Assembly: GCA_964594495.1 (NCBI GenBank)
Contig: CAZQLX010000001.1
Span: 1-50,559 of the forward strand
DNA: 50,559 nt
From: Candidatus Woesearchaeota archaeon
Lineage (GTDB): Archaea; Nanobdellota; Nanobdellia; Pacearchaeales; GW2011-AR1
Reading direction: 5' to 3'
Within the stretch, counting starts at the first letter, position 1. Each line of letters opens with the position of its first letter. The notes beneath the pieces are model-generated. The model was not told the DNA's origin. It saw nothing but the letters and a program-made list of their open reading frames with translations, and made no database searches. Made by a program: the position numbers and the translations under genes. This document shows, piece by piece, positions 9,982 through 20,267 of the stretch.

Positions 9982-10855
9982 TTTTAATTAATCCTACTAT
10001 GAATCCTGCGCCGTAACTAATATGAATCGTAGTAAATATGAAAGGTAGCAGTAAGATCAAAGCGCCTTTTTTGTTTTTTAAAGATTCATATGCTGAGAAG
10101 AATATATTAAGCGCAATATAAAGAAACAGAGGCAATAAGGCAAAAAAGCTAAACTGGAGAATAAAAGAAAGCGAGATTATATATAAGATAAATAAACTAG
10201 GAATCAAAAAGTAAGGTCTTTTGATCGTTTCTTTTAGGCTTTCTTTCTTTGGTCTAACAACCCCATAATTAAAGACCTGCTTTGCAAGATTAAAAATAGA
10301 CTTTCGTCTTCTATTAAAAACAACTATCTCTGGGGAATAGGCAACTTTAAGTCCTACTTTCTTAGTATCTGCAATAAATTTAGGATCTTCTCCAGGATAT
10401 ATCGTTTCATCAAAGATAACTTTCCTAAAAACCTCTTTTTTACATATTAAATTTGCAGATGTGACTTTAGTCTCATCGGCATCTAAATCTAAATTCCGAG
10501 ATGTATATCGTGTGCTTATATTTGCACTTCCAAATATGGAACCTAATGCTATACCACTGGCATAAGCAAAAACCCCTTCATTAATATCTGTATGTTGTGG
10601 GCCCCCAACGATATCGATGTTTGGATGATTAAGAAAGAAGTTTTTTACACTTTTACCCCAATTATCACTTAAAATTGTGTGGGCATTTATAAAAGCAATA
10701 AATTTTGTTTTCGCTTTTTTTATACCTTCATTTCTATTTTTTGAAGGGTTATTTCCTCGAACGATAATAAAATTTAGGTCTTGTTGCTTTATACTCTCTT
10801 CTCCCTCTATTAAACTATTTTCAGATGCCGGAATTATTATTGTTATGCTTTTCAT
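9959..10855 (-). CDS. Glycosyltransferase family 2 with C-terminal membrane segments
   Basis: It has a GT-A N-terminus 'ITIIIPA' and 'YPGEDPKF', followed by 2-3 C-terminal TM helices. Confidence 0.65.
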   Translation of the reverse strand: MKSITIIIPASENSLIEGEESIKQQDLNFIIVRGNNPSKNRNEGIKKAKTKFIAFINAHTILSDNWGKSVKNFFLNHPNIDIVGGPQHTDINEGVFAYASGIALGSIFGSANISTRYTSRNLDLDADETKVTSANLICKKEVFRKVIFDETIYPGEDPKFIADTKKVGLKVAYSPEIVVFNRRRKSIFNLAKQVFNYGVVRPKKESLKETIKRPYFLIPSLFILYIISLSFILQFSFFALLPLFLYIALNIFFSAYESLKNKKGALILLLPFIFTTIHISYGAGFIVGLIKNGIRRKK

Positions 10856-11619
10856 TTTTTCTTAGATGTAAAAAAATCGTATATTTTAACAAGATCTCTA
10901 AAATGAGAATTTATAATTCTTAATCTTAATACTGCCAGAAACATTAAAGGGCCGGCCTTCATAAAATTAACATTTGAGTATTCTTTATCTGCCCACACAG
11001 TAGGAAACTCATCTATTTTAAAGCCATGTAAACGTAAATTATAAAGAAGATCGACATCAAAAGCCCATTGAGTGATATGCAAATAAGGCAAAACCTTTTC
11101 TATAGAATTACGTGTAAAAACCTTTGCCCCACACTGAGTATCTTTATAGTTAAAGAAAAACATACTTCTAATCAAAAGATTAAAAATGCGCGAAACAAGA
11201 ATTCTTTGAAGCGATGGTCTTGGATTTACAATTGCTCCCTTTACATAACGAGAGGCAATAATTCCATCATACTTAATGTTTTTAATTAGATTGTAAAAAT
11301 CTTCGGGTTTTGTAGCGAGGTCTGCATCGACAAATCCAATCAGATCATTTTTTCTTTTTAATGCTTCTTTAAAACCTTCAATAATTGCGAGTCCCTTTCC
11401 ACCTTTCTTAAAATTTAGATAGGAAATCTTTCTATCTTTTTTTATAAATTGTTTTACAATTTCCTCAGTTCTGTCTTGAGTGGCGTTTATCACGACAATT
11501 ATTTCATAATCGATTTTCTTTTTTTTGTTAAGCTCGATAAAATAAGAGGAATAAGATTCTAACATCTTACTTATTCTCTTCTCTTCGTTGTGGGCCGGAA
11601 CTATTATGTTGACTTTCAT
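10852..11619 (-). CDS. Glycosyltransferase family 2, dolichyl-phosphate sugar synthase-like (DPM1/AglD-type)
   Basis: It has 'IIVPAHNEEKRI', 'VDADLATKP' (DxD) and 'DTQCGAKVF'. Confidence 0.75.
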   Translation of the reverse strand: MKVNIIVPAHNEEKRISKMLESYSSYFIELNKKKKIDYEIIVVINATQDRTEEIVKQFIKKDRKISYLNFKKGGKGLAIIEGFKEALKRKNDLIGFVDADLATKPEDFYNLIKNIKYDGIIASRYVKGAIVNPRPSLQRILVSRIFNLLIRSMFFFNYKDTQCGAKVFTRNSIEKVLPYLHITQWAFDVDLLYNLRLHGFKIDEFPTVWADKEYSNVNFMKAGPLMFLAVLRLRIINSHFRDLVKIYDFFTSKKK

Positions 11620-12826
11620 TTCTAAGGAGTAAAATAGACCCTATTAAAAACATTACTGATGACCCTAAAAACGCTAAGGAGAATGATAAGATACTATGCG
11701 AGAAATAGCTTAACAAAACTACTTCGAGAATTACGAACAAAAAGATATAAGGATAATACTTATGTTTTCCTACCGATAATTTATAAAGTATAATTAAATT
11801 AGTGAAGGCGATTATACTTGAGGCGACACCGATGATAAATAATATACTTCCATTAACTTCTCCAAGTGTTTTTCCTGCAAAGAGGACTATTATAAATTCT
11901 GGAAAGAAGTAAAACACTAGTAGCGCTACGATAATACAAACAGTTAGTATGAAGAATGCACTTGTAAATATGGGTTTGTGCTCTTTTTTATTTATATGGC
12001 TTTCTGAAGAAAGTGGGAACATAGCTTTGCTGATTGGACTTGTTCCAAAAAAGATGATTTTGCCAAGAAGAGAGATTATTGCATAGGCTCCCGCCACACT
12101 ATCTTCAAAAAATACTTTGGCCAATATTACGTCGAGGTTATAGAATAACAGAAGAGCAAAGACTGTAAAGAATATTGGTTTTGTATAGCCATATATTCCC
12201 GTCGTTTCTGCACCTTCTTCTTTTGAACTTAAAATTTTTTTAAGAGGGATGAAAGATAAGAAAAAAGCAATAAAAAGTGCAAGTATTGATCCTGCTAAAG
12301 CGCCGTAAACTCTCCATCCGATAAAAACTAAAAGCACTCCAAGGACCAATTTTAATACACTTTCGATTATTACGTTTAAACCTAAAGATGAAAACATCTT
12401 TTTTCCAAGTAAAGCGCCACGAGGAACTGGAGCTAAAAATGAAGTAAATATTACAAGTCCATTAAGTGAAATAAGCCAATATGGTATTCTAAGTAGATCA
12501 GAAAGAAAGATTGCCAAAATAAGATAAAGAACAAAAATTATAACTGAAACGTGCAAACTTTTTCTTAAAGATCTTTTAATAATATTTTTAATCTTACCAT
12601 CGTCTTTAGCTCGCGAACTATAATTTGTTATTACGGTTTGTATAGATTCTGAAAATATGCCTATTATATAGAATATTGAAGTTAGTGCTGCTAAAATCCC
12701 ATAATCCTCTAAAGAAAGAAGGCGCGCCATGCTGAACTGAAAAACAAAATTAAATAAATTAAAAATACCAAAAGCTATCAATAGAATTAGACTGCCGCTT
12801 ATTACCTCTTTATGAAGTTTAATCAT
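11567..12826 (-). CDS. Oligosaccharide/polysaccharide flippase (MOP/Wzx-like)
   Basis: It is 419 aa with about 12 TM helices and sits between an AglH-like gene and GT2 genes. Its 3' end overlaps the next gene by 53 nt. Confidence 0.65.
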   Translation of the reverse strand: MIKLHKEVISGSLILLIAFGIFNLFNFVFQFSMARLLSLEDYGILAALTSIFYIIGIFSESIQTVITNYSSRAKDDGKIKNIIKRSLRKSLHVSVIIFVLYLILAIFLSDLLRIPYWLISLNGLVIFTSFLAPVPRGALLGKKMFSSLGLNVIIESVLKLVLGVLLVFIGWRVYGALAGSILALFIAFFLSFIPLKKILSSKEEGAETTGIYGYTKPIFFTVFALLLFYNLDVILAKVFFEDSVAGAYAIISLLGKIIFFGTSPISKAMFPLSSESHINKKEHKPIFTSAFFILTVCIIVALLVFYFFPEFIIVLFAGKTLGEVNGSILFIIGVASSIIAFTNLIILYKLSVGKHKYYPYIFLFVILEVVLLSYFSHSILSFSLAFLGSSVMFLIGSILLLRNESQHNSSGPQRREENK

Positions 12827-12827
12827 T

Positions 12828-13841
12828 TTATATAAATATTCCTTTTCTAAATATTATAAATCCTAAAATAACGATGATTAATTGGAAGGCCCAGAGCATA
12901 TAGACAAGTTTCTTTTCTGTAGCTTTTATATTTAATTTTTTCATTAAAAATATCGCTACATGTTCTAATCCATATATTTTATCATATAATGGATCTAGAG
13001 ATCCATCTTTGTTCGGTTTCCCAAAAGATGCTTTCTTGAGTTTGCCTCTTGATTTAAGTATAGTCTCAAGAATGAAAGGTATAAAGAAAAATAAAGCAAT
13101 TTTTTCAAAGTTCCCAAGAATTGCAATTATTGCGACCATACTACCAATGGCATATGTAAGAACGTCTCCTCCTAAGACTTTTGCTGGATAAAAATTAAAA
13201 AAGAGGAATGCGATTAAGGCTACAATCATACATAATGCAATAACAGAAAGCCAGGAATTTCCTGTAAAGAACGCTACAAGTGCCATTCCTGCAAGCAAAA
13301 TAATGCCTTGACCAGCTTCTAATCCATTATGGCCTGCAAGAAAATTATATGTTGCAGTTGCACCAATAATTCCTAAAGGGATGAAGATTAACGGATAAAT
13401 TAATCCCACGTCTACCACCCCATTAAAGGGTAGGGAAATTGAAGATTTTCCGGCATTAATAGCCATTAAGGGAATTGCTGCGAAAAGCATTAGGATGAGT
13501 CGCGATCTTCTGGAAAGGCCTCCTTTCCTCCATCCTAAAAGATCATCAATTAATCCGACCCCTGATGCGATGACAATAACTAACACTGCCGTTATAATTT
13601 CTATGAGAAAATCTGAAGTTCTTAAATAAAATACCCTATACGCTACAAAAACAAAGATCCCTAAGATAAACCCTAACATAACTACCAGTCCGCCGGATCC
13701 AGAGACTTTTGGAGCGAGGTATTTATTCATGTCATCCCAAACTAATCCGATACCTCTGGCTTTGTTAATCCAACGCGGAAGAAGAAATAGAGTGATTAAA
13801 AAGCTACACAATAAAGGAATAACAAGTAAGTAGTCTACCAT
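12828..13841 (-). CDS. UDP-GlcNAc:dolichyl-phosphate GlcNAc-1-phosphate transferase (MraY/WecA/AglH family)
   Basis: It is a polytopic membrane protein with 'GLIDDLLGW' and 'NFLAGHNGLEAG' motifs of the polyprenyl-phosphate HexNAc-1-P transferase family. Confidence 0.8.
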   Translation of the reverse strand: MVDYLLVIPLLCSFLITLFLLPRWINKARGIGLVWDDMNKYLAPKVSGSGGLVVMLGFILGIFVFVAYRVFYLRTSDFLIEIITAVLVIVIASGVGLIDDLLGWRKGGLSRRSRLILMLFAAIPLMAINAGKSSISLPFNGVVDVGLIYPLIFIPLGIIGATATYNFLAGHNGLEAGQGIILLAGMALVAFFTGNSWLSVIALCMIVALIAFLFFNFYPAKVLGGDVLTYAIGSMVAIIAILGNFEKIALFFFIPFILETILKSRGKLKKASFGKPNKDGSLDPLYDKIYGLEHVAIFLMKKLNIKATEKKLVYMLWAFQLIIVILGFIIFRKGIFI

Positions 13842-13849
13842 TTTACCTC

Positions 13850-16666
13850 TTAGTCATTTAAGGGCCCTGATGTTTTTAGATATTTAGGATCGAACTTAGT
13901 GGTTGAAGGGTAATTAATCTCCCAAATTCTGATTGGGCCCCTAATATCCCCGCCATAATATACGAAGTCACTGTCTAAGTTTATATTGTTTGATTTTATT
14001 TGAGAAACAACATAATCATACTCTGTATGAACTAATTTAAATGAAGGGTCATTGGCTTTGTATAAATAAAGACGAGCTAATTGAGATTTAACTGTTTTAT
14101 TACTAAGATAAATAACTGCGCCATCTTGTTCAACTTGTATGCCTCCATCTACTTGATTTAGTCTTGGGAGCATGAATACCCCACTTTCTATACCGGATCC
14201 ATAATCAATGAAAGTGTCTTGGAAGGCGTATCTCAATGGAAGTCTGTACTCTCCCTTATTAGGATAAACAAAAATCCCAATTGGTTGACTTAGGATTTTA
14301 CCATCGGTAGAAACTTCGATTATGGCTCCTCCAACAAAAGATTTTTGAGCAGGTAAGAAAACCTTTGTTCCATTCGAATTGTAAGTTATATCTCCATCGA
14401 CAGGAATTCCTCCACCTGAATAAAGATAAAGTGTTGAATTTTTACCTTCTACCGTTTGTTGATTGTCTTTCTGGAATGTACTCAACCAACTATATCTATC
14501 AAGTGCATCATTAGATCCGATACTGGAAAATGCTGGGTACTTTCCAATATCTGACGAATCTATTAAGAAATGAGTTGTGTTATGTGCATACAAAAATTCG
14601 AGTGCTTTCTCGTTGCTGGATCCGGTAAGAGCATAACGACCCATGTAATAATTCCAATATGGAATTGAGTTCCCTCCGTCAAGAACAGTTGCACGTTCTC
14701 CTATCGATTGTACCCAATATCCATAATCCCACCAATGACCAAATACTGCGGTTGTAGCTGTATTTGTTCTTACCCAGGACATTGCTTTTTGCCATTGTTG
14801 GGTATAAACTGAAGGCACGTACCCTCTCGCAGTATCATTTGATTGTTTTGCAAAAGTATATCCTGCAAAAATGATTCCGATAATAACAAGCAGAGTTACT
14901 ATCCAGATAAAAACTTTAAAACCGTCTTTCCCATCTTTACTTTCATATTTTTTCTCTTTATCACTAAGAAATTCATACGATCTGGAAGAGAGGTGTACTA
15001 CTAGATAGGATGCGAGAATAGAAGCGGGGGGAACCATCATCATAATAAGTCTAACTGCACCACGAGCTGATATAACTGCAAAGAAGAAAAATGCTAGAGC
15101 CAAAATTATATTGAAATTAAGGTTTGAAAACTTCGAAGAGTCTCCGGCTTTGTGATGCCTGAAATAAATATATGCTATGGACACAATTAGTAATATCACT
15201 CCGACAACATAGACTAAAATACTTAAAGTGTTTGTTCCATTCAAGGATCCATTTGGAGAATTTCTACTAAATATTATTGCAAGCAAAAACAAAGTGTATC
15301 CTAATCCAAGAATCCATTTCTCTTTCTTACTGAAGTGTTTGAATAAGCTTACGTATAAAACCACCGAACCTATAAAGAACAACCAGAAGAAAATAGGAAT
15401 AGAGCCTAGGAAAGGTCCAAAGCTTCCTGCCCACTCACTAAAGAAAGGTTGTCTATTTTCTGCAACTGTGACTCCCAGTCTATCACTTGTTGGTGTGGTG
15501 AGAACTTTTGAGATATCTTTAAAGTTCCCAAATACGATATCATTACCTGCGACCATTGCAATAATACCGACGATAATCCCTAAAGCTATAACAACTAAAA
15601 GAGTTAAAACTGGTTTAGGAATTTTTGATAAAGATTGAGATTCAAAGTATTTCTTAAGATTGGTGTTGAAGATTAAAAGATGAATCAAGATTAAAATAAA
15701 AATGAAAATTGGGATGACTGTAGTTGTTGATCCGATAAGATTAGAAAAACTATACCTACTTGAAAAAATAGACATTATAATAAATGCGGAAATCATCCAG
15801 GTAGTGTAGGTGTAGAACTTGTCTTTTTGCACAATTCCGAAGAGAAATGCAACAAAAGTTGCGAGTGCGATAGTTAGGAAAATATAAACATATCCTCCCC
15901 ATACTAATGCCATCGCTGCAGTTGACAAACCGGCTAAAACCGAAAGAATTAACTGATTTCTCATTGATTTAGCTTTCCACGCCGATAGGAATAAATAGAA
16001 TGCCAAAAACAAGAAGACGAGACCAGAGACTTCTTTTTCTGGAATTCCTGCAATTGTTCTAGGAAGGAGAGTAGGAATTGTGACCAAGAAAAACGACGCG
16101 ATTAGAGCAATTATATTTGCTTTTGTTTTTCCCGAATCGATGAATATTTTTCTTACAAAGAAGAAGAAAATGATAGTTGCGAGTGCGAACATAAAAACTG
16201 GAAAGATAACTGCGGAATAATCAACAGAAGAAGATAGACCAATCCCGGCAAATATTTTATGGAACCAAGCGATTAAATAAGGATGTAAAATAACTTCTTC
16301 TTTTGTATTAAATCCGAAAGGCACATATCTAAATGTATCAACAGTCATTAAACTACCGTGCGTTACAATATGTTTAGCCCAACGCAGGAATAAGAACGGA
16401 TCTAAATCCGGACCTAATGTCCAGCTTCCTGTGGTAATATCTTTTAATCCGGGAATATTCGAAGATCTTATCTTAACTGCTAAAAAAACGATTAAAGCTA
16501 GAATAATATAGGTAACCCAAGAAAACCAATTGCTGTCTTTTCTCTTAAAGAATTGTAAAAATTTTTCTTTTCTTTGAGCAATTAGATCTTCTGTCGTATG
16601 CAGAGCAGGAGAATGAACGTGCGTATGCACTTCTTTTACGCTCTCTTTGTCGTGTTCTTCAACCAT
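13850..16666 (-). CDS. aglB: Archaeal oligosaccharyltransferase AglB (STT3 family)
   Basis: It has the catalytic 'HWWDYGYW' (WWDYG) motif, a large N-terminal multi-TM domain and a soluble C-terminal domain. It is 938 aa. Confidence 0.9.
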   Translation of the reverse strand: MVEEHDKESVKEVHTHVHSPALHTTEDLIAQRKEKFLQFFKRKDSNWFSWVTYIILALIVFLAVKIRSSNIPGLKDITTGSWTLGPDLDPFLFLRWAKHIVTHGSLMTVDTFRYVPFGFNTKEEVILHPYLIAWFHKIFAGIGLSSSVDYSAVIFPVFMFALATIIFFFFVRKIFIDSGKTKANIIALIASFFLVTIPTLLPRTIAGIPEKEVSGLVFLFLAFYLFLSAWKAKSMRNQLILSVLAGLSTAAMALVWGGYVYIFLTIALATFVAFLFGIVQKDKFYTYTTWMISAFIIMSIFSSRYSFSNLIGSTTTVIPIFIFILILIHLLIFNTNLKKYFESQSLSKIPKPVLTLLVVIALGIIVGIIAMVAGNDIVFGNFKDISKVLTTPTSDRLGVTVAENRQPFFSEWAGSFGPFLGSIPIFFWLFFIGSVVLYVSLFKHFSKKEKWILGLGYTLFLLAIIFSRNSPNGSLNGTNTLSILVYVVGVILLIVSIAYIYFRHHKAGDSSKFSNLNFNIILALAFFFFAVISARGAVRLIMMMVPPASILASYLVVHLSSRSYEFLSDKEKKYESKDGKDGFKVFIWIVTLLVIIGIIFAGYTFAKQSNDTARGYVPSVYTQQWQKAMSWVRTNTATTAVFGHWWDYGYWVQSIGERATVLDGGNSIPYWNYYMGRYALTGSSNEKALEFLYAHNTTHFLIDSSDIGKYPAFSSIGSNDALDRYSWLSTFQKDNQQTVEGKNSTLYLYSGGGIPVDGDITYNSNGTKVFLPAQKSFVGGAIIEVSTDGKILSQPIGIFVYPNKGEYRLPLRYAFQDTFIDYGSGIESGVFMLPRLNQVDGGIQVEQDGAVIYLSNKTVKSQLARLYLYKANDPSFKLVHTEYDYVVSQIKSNNINLDSDFVYYGGDIRGPIRIWEINYPSTTKFDPKYLKTSGPLND

Positions 16667-16687
16667 TATAAACCCTATAAATGAGTA

Positions 16688-16695
16688 TATTTAAA
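16688..16695 (-). promoter_or_regulatory. Candidate archaeal TATA box (TTTAAATA) for aglB, implying a leaderless or near-leaderless mRNA
   Basis: TTTAAATA on the minus strand ends 22 nt upstream of the aglB ATG. The same octamer occurs at the same spacing in front of the DGR target gene. Confidence 0.4.
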
Positions 16696-16796
16696 GTTTT
16701 CATAATTAATCTTAATATCCTCATTTGTCTTTTCTTTTGAGAATATAGGTAATATTGACTTCTTGATCTTTATTATCCATGAAACAATCTATTGTT

Positions 16797-17651
16797 TTAG
16801 AATAAAAGTGGTGTAACAAAAACTTCCAGCAAGGCTGCAATAACCAGAACAATAACCGCCACTATAATAAGGTTTAGTGAATCTTGTAAAACTTCCCAGA
16901 ATTTCTCTTTCCCTATCTCTTTACGAATAACTGAAATTGAAACTAAGCCTCCAGCAAGAGCAGCAATGAAATACGCTGCTATTTCAGGAATTCCATGTAT
17001 TGCGTATCTAGCTAAACCTAGAGGCAAAGCAAGAATGTCCGACTTTGTGAATATGGTAATTGCTGCAGCTATAACAGAAGCGTTCCATGCCAAGACGAAA
17101 ATTACTCCTGCTCCAAAAACTAAAGAAAAAATGATAGTAAAAATAAGAACCTGAACGTTATTTGTCAATATTGCAAGTGCGTGGCCTGCTGTCGTTGCAT
17201 ACCCCGTTGATGAGGGGGATTCAGGGGCTGTGTATTGATTAACACATTCTTCAAACCCTGAAGGACGATTAATTAAACAATATGTCTCTAATTGAGCTTG
17301 AGAATTAGCTGGAGATAAAACCATATACCAAAAAGAAAGGGCAATGACAAATCCCAAGAAAAGCCAAAGAAATGCATAAATTGCTTTTTTATGTTCTTTT
17401 AAAAGCGAAAACATGCCTCGTGAAGGATTTATTTTATCTTCTTCAAATCTGATCGTATAATACATAAATGGCATTGAAAACATTACGGTGAACGTGACGA
17501 CGATTAAAGCAGAATATTTGGATAAAACCGGATCTTTTCCGAACATCCAATTAACAAGAAGAATGGCTAAGCTGGCATAAACTAAACCGATAAACAACAT
17601 TTCCCAAGGCCTTCGTTCGGCCTTTCTAGGATTTATCAACATTTCTAACAT
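16797..17651 (-). CDS. SpoIIM-like (DUF95) integral membrane protein
   Basis: It has multi-TM topology with 'IHGIPEIAAYFIA', typical of the stage II sporulation protein M family. The ORF-track start at 17663 is a TTG, and the first ATG is at 17651. Confidence 0.6.
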   Translation of the reverse strand: MLEMLINPRKAERRPWEMLFIGLVYASLAILLVNWMFGKDPVLSKYSALIVVTFTVMFSMPFMYYTIRFEEDKINPSRGMFSLLKEHKKAIYAFLWLFLGFVIALSFWYMVLSPANSQAQLETYCLINRPSGFEECVNQYTAPESPSSTGYATTAGHALAILTNNVQVLIFTIIFSLVFGAGVIFVLAWNASVIAAAITIFTKSDILALPLGLARYAIHGIPEIAAYFIAALAGGLVSISVIRKEIGKEKFWEVLQDSLNLIIVAVIVLVIAALLEVFVTPLLF

Positions 17652-17725
17652 CTTTAAAAACAATAAAAAACAATCAATGATACTTTTGTTAACTTAAATA
17701 GTTTTTCTATTTTAGATAGAATAGA

Positions 17726-17917
17726 TTAATCGCTATATTGTCTATTAAGTTGATTACGCGGATGACAATGCTTGTCTTGTCTTCCATAAGGACGAGAAGC
17801 AGCTAATAATTCTTGGATTGTAAGTCTAAATTGTGGTTCGGGAGTTTTCGTTGGGAATCTATCTGAGTGATATTTACCACGTAGTCTTGCATACTCTCTT
17901 GGAATCCCCATCTCCAT
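17726..17917 (-). CDS. Hypothetical small basic protein (63 aa); coding status uncertain
   Basis: It is supported only by an ORF in an otherwise non-coding 330-bp gap, and I recognised no motif. Confidence 0.3.
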   Translation of the reverse strand: MEMGIPREYARLRGKYHSDRFPTKTPEPQFRLTIQELLAASRPYGRQDKHCHPRNQLNRQYSD

Positions 17918-17997
17918 AATTAATAGTTTTGCTTTTTATAAGTTTCCATAATAGCATTTAAATAATTCATAAAATATAGGTTTGAAGGAGAAAGAGA

Positions 17998-18756
17998 ATG
18001 AAAGTTAATTTAAACAAAATAATGAAAGATGGAAAGGCTGTATTCCTTGCTTACGATCAAGGTCTGGAACATGGGCCAATAGAATTTAATGATAAAAATG
18101 TTGATCCAAACTATATCATAAGCATTGCCGAGCATGCTGGTTTTAATGGAATAATAATGCAAAAGGGAATTGCGGAGAAGTATAAGATGAGAATAAAGAG
18201 AAGTAGAATTCCTTTGATATTAAAACTAAATGGAAAAACAAGTTTGTACAAAGGGGAACCAATGTCGGAGCAACTATGCACGGTAAAAGAAGCCTTGGCC
18301 TTGGGAGCAAAAGCCGTTGGATATACAATTTATATTGGAAGCAAATTTGAGTCGAAAATGTTAGCCGAGTTTGAAGAAATAGAAAGAGAAGCACATGCTC
18401 ATGGAATTCCGGTAATTGCGTGGATATACCCAAGAGGAGAAAGTATCAAGGGAAGAAAAGAAGGAGATTTAATGATTTATGCTGCTCGTGTTGGTTTGGA
18501 ATTGGGGGCAGATATTGTTAAACTGAAATATAACGGAAATCATAAAGATTTAAAATGGGCAGTAAAGGCTGCTGGAAAAACTAAAATAGTTGTTTCTGGA
18601 GGAGTAAAAATAGGTGAGCATGCTTTTATGAAAGAGGCTAAAGCGATTATGAAAGCAGGGGCTGCTGGTCTCGCGGTTGGGAGAAACATCTGGCAGTCAA
18701 GTAGGCCGAATATGATTGCTAAAGAGTTGAAAGAAATTGTGTTTGGGAAGAATTAA
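17998..18756 (+). CDS. fba: Class I fructose-bisphosphate aldolase (archaeal DhnA/FbaB family)
   Basis: It has 'LAYDQGLEHGP', a Schiff-base lysine region 'DIVKLKY' and 'GRNIWQ'. An SD-like 'GGAG' precedes the ATG. Confidence 0.8.
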   Translation: MKVNLNKIMKDGKAVFLAYDQGLEHGPIEFNDKNVDPNYIISIAEHAGFNGIIMQKGIAEKYKMRIKRSRIPLILKLNGKTSLYKGEPMSEQLCTVKEALALGAKAVGYTIYIGSKFESKMLAEFEEIEREAHAHGIPVIAWIYPRGESIKGRKEGDLMIYAARVGLELGADIVKLKYNGNHKDLKWAVKAAGKTKIVVSGGVKIGEHAFMKEAKAIMKAGAAGLAVGRNIWQSSRPNMIAKELKEIVFGKN

Positions 18757-18780
18757 AAACACTAAAAAACATTGAAATTA

Positions 18781-19011
18781 ATGGCATGGGGTGATACTTC
18801 TACGTTTATTAGGACGAATTTTATTATATCTATAATTTTGTTTGTTATAGGTATTTGGGGAGGAATTTTGCTAGTTACAGATAAAAGTGGTCATCTAAGC
18901 TCTTCTCCAGGATCAATGGTCTTCATACTGTTTTTTATAATTGGAATTATTATGCTTATATTAACTGTGATTGAAATAACTAAAAGAAGAGATGATAGTA
19001 ATAAATTTTAA
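18781..19011 (+). CDS. Small membrane protein (2 TM), hypothetical
   Basis: It has two hydrophobic helices and overlaps the tpiA start by 20 nt. The ORF-track start at 18772 is a TTG, and the first ATG is at 18781. Confidence 0.4.
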   Translation: MAWGDTSTFIRTNFIISIILFVIGIWGGILLVTDKSGHLSSSPGSMVFILFFIIGIIMLILTVIEITKRRDDSNKF

Positions 19012-19624
19012 AAATTATAAAACGGGAAAAGAGGTTTTAGATTTAGTAAGAACAATTGACATATATTGTAATAAAGCGCTTGTTTGTGTTCCTTTTACTG
19101 AGATGAAAGAAATTGCTAAAGAGACGACACTGCCTGTATATGCACAACATGTTGATTATCATGAAAAAGGCAAGGGCACGGGATACGTTATCCCTGAATC
19201 TTTGATAAACGCTGGAGCGGTTGGAAGTTTATTGAATCATAGCGAACATAGATTAAGTTTTCAAGCATTGAAAAGAACAATTGCTCGCTGTCATGAAAAA
19301 GGGTTTAAGTTGATTGTTTGTGTAAGAAGTGTAACAGAAGCTAAAAAAATTGCTAAACTTTATCCATATGCAATTGCATTCGAAGATCCAAAACTTATTG
19401 CAACTGGAAAATCGATTACACACCATGATAAGATTGCTATAAAAAATTTTGTTGAGGCACTAAAAGATACAGAAATAATCCCGTTATGCGGGGCAGGAAT
19501 AACAGATTCTAAAGATGTCGCTGAAGCTCTTATCTTAGGATGTAAAGGTGTTTTAATTTCCTCTGCTGTTGCTAATTCGCAGAACCCGGAAAAGTTTTTG
19601 AAAGAAGTGAGTGGGCTGTTTTAA
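18992..19624 (+). CDS. tpiA: Triosephosphate isomerase, short archaeal type
   Basis: It has 'VINFKNY', 'LLNHSEHR', 'AFEDPKLIATG' and 'GAGI'. The 210-aa length is typical of archaeal TIM. Confidence 0.85.
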   Translation: MIVINFKNYKTGKEVLDLVRTIDIYCNKALVCVPFTEMKEIAKETTLPVYAQHVDYHEKGKGTGYVIPESLINAGAVGSLLNHSEHRLSFQALKRTIARCHEKGFKLIVCVRSVTEAKKIAKLYPYAIAFEDPKLIATGKSITHHDKIAIKNFVEALKDTEIIPLCGAGITDSKDVAEALILGCKGVLISSAVANSQNPEKFLKEVSGLF

Positions 19625-19692
19625 AATTTTACTATTTAATTGGTGTGAAAATTAATAAGAATAATTAAAAAGAGCTCATTTATTAGATTTGT

Positions 19693-20208
19693 ATGTCTTC
19701 GCCAATAATAAGATCCCCATCTGAGCAAGCCTCTATAATTTTAGAGCAATATCCAAGAATAAATCAAGTTTATACTGTTTTCCGAGGTATTGATGAATTA
19801 TATTATGCATTTCATCAAGAAGAACATCATACAAGATTCAAAAAACCTCTTTTATTAAGATTAGAAAATGAAGGAGGAGAGGAATCGATTGGTGTTTACC
19901 AATTTATAGGGGGAGTAAATCCTACAACGTACAGAAGAATGATGGAAGTAGAGTGGTCACAATCGCCCTTTGAGAGAACTAATAATGTAGTTGTCAGAGT
20001 TAATGATGGCAAATCTTTTGAAAACGTTAGATCTCTAACGAGCAATACGCCTTTAGTTGGCGATCAATTAATTGCCATTCCTTTAGAAAGCAAACGGGCT
20101 GCAAAAGAAACGGGACAAATAGTTACTTTATCAGGTGTTGTAGTTGCATCCCAGAGAGTTGAAGACTTTAAGAAATATGCTCGTCAGTATGATGCTACAG
20201 AAGTTTAA
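19693..20208 (+). CDS. Hypothetical protein
   Basis: It is a 171-aa ORF with no overlap and no recognisable motif. Confidence 0.5.
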   Translation: MSSPIIRSPSEQASIILEQYPRINQVYTVFRGIDELYYAFHQEEHHTRFKKPLLLRLENEGGEESIGVYQFIGGVNPTTYRRMMEVEWSQSPFERTNNVVVRVNDGKSFENVRSLTSNTPLVGDQLIAIPLESKRAAKETGQIVTLSGVVVASQRVEDFKKYARQYDATEV

Positions 20209-20267
20209 GCAATTCTTTTAATTCTAAATATCAAAACCCTTATAACTCTTAATCTATTTCTTTAAAT

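Noticed and set aside
10677-18433. Whether the antisense ORFs 10677..10865, 11068..11289, 13009..13191, 15228..15638, 16966..17154 and 18143..18433 are real genes.
   Set aside because: They are embedded opposite GT2, AglH-like, AglB, SpoIIM-like and aldolase genes, and none has independent support.
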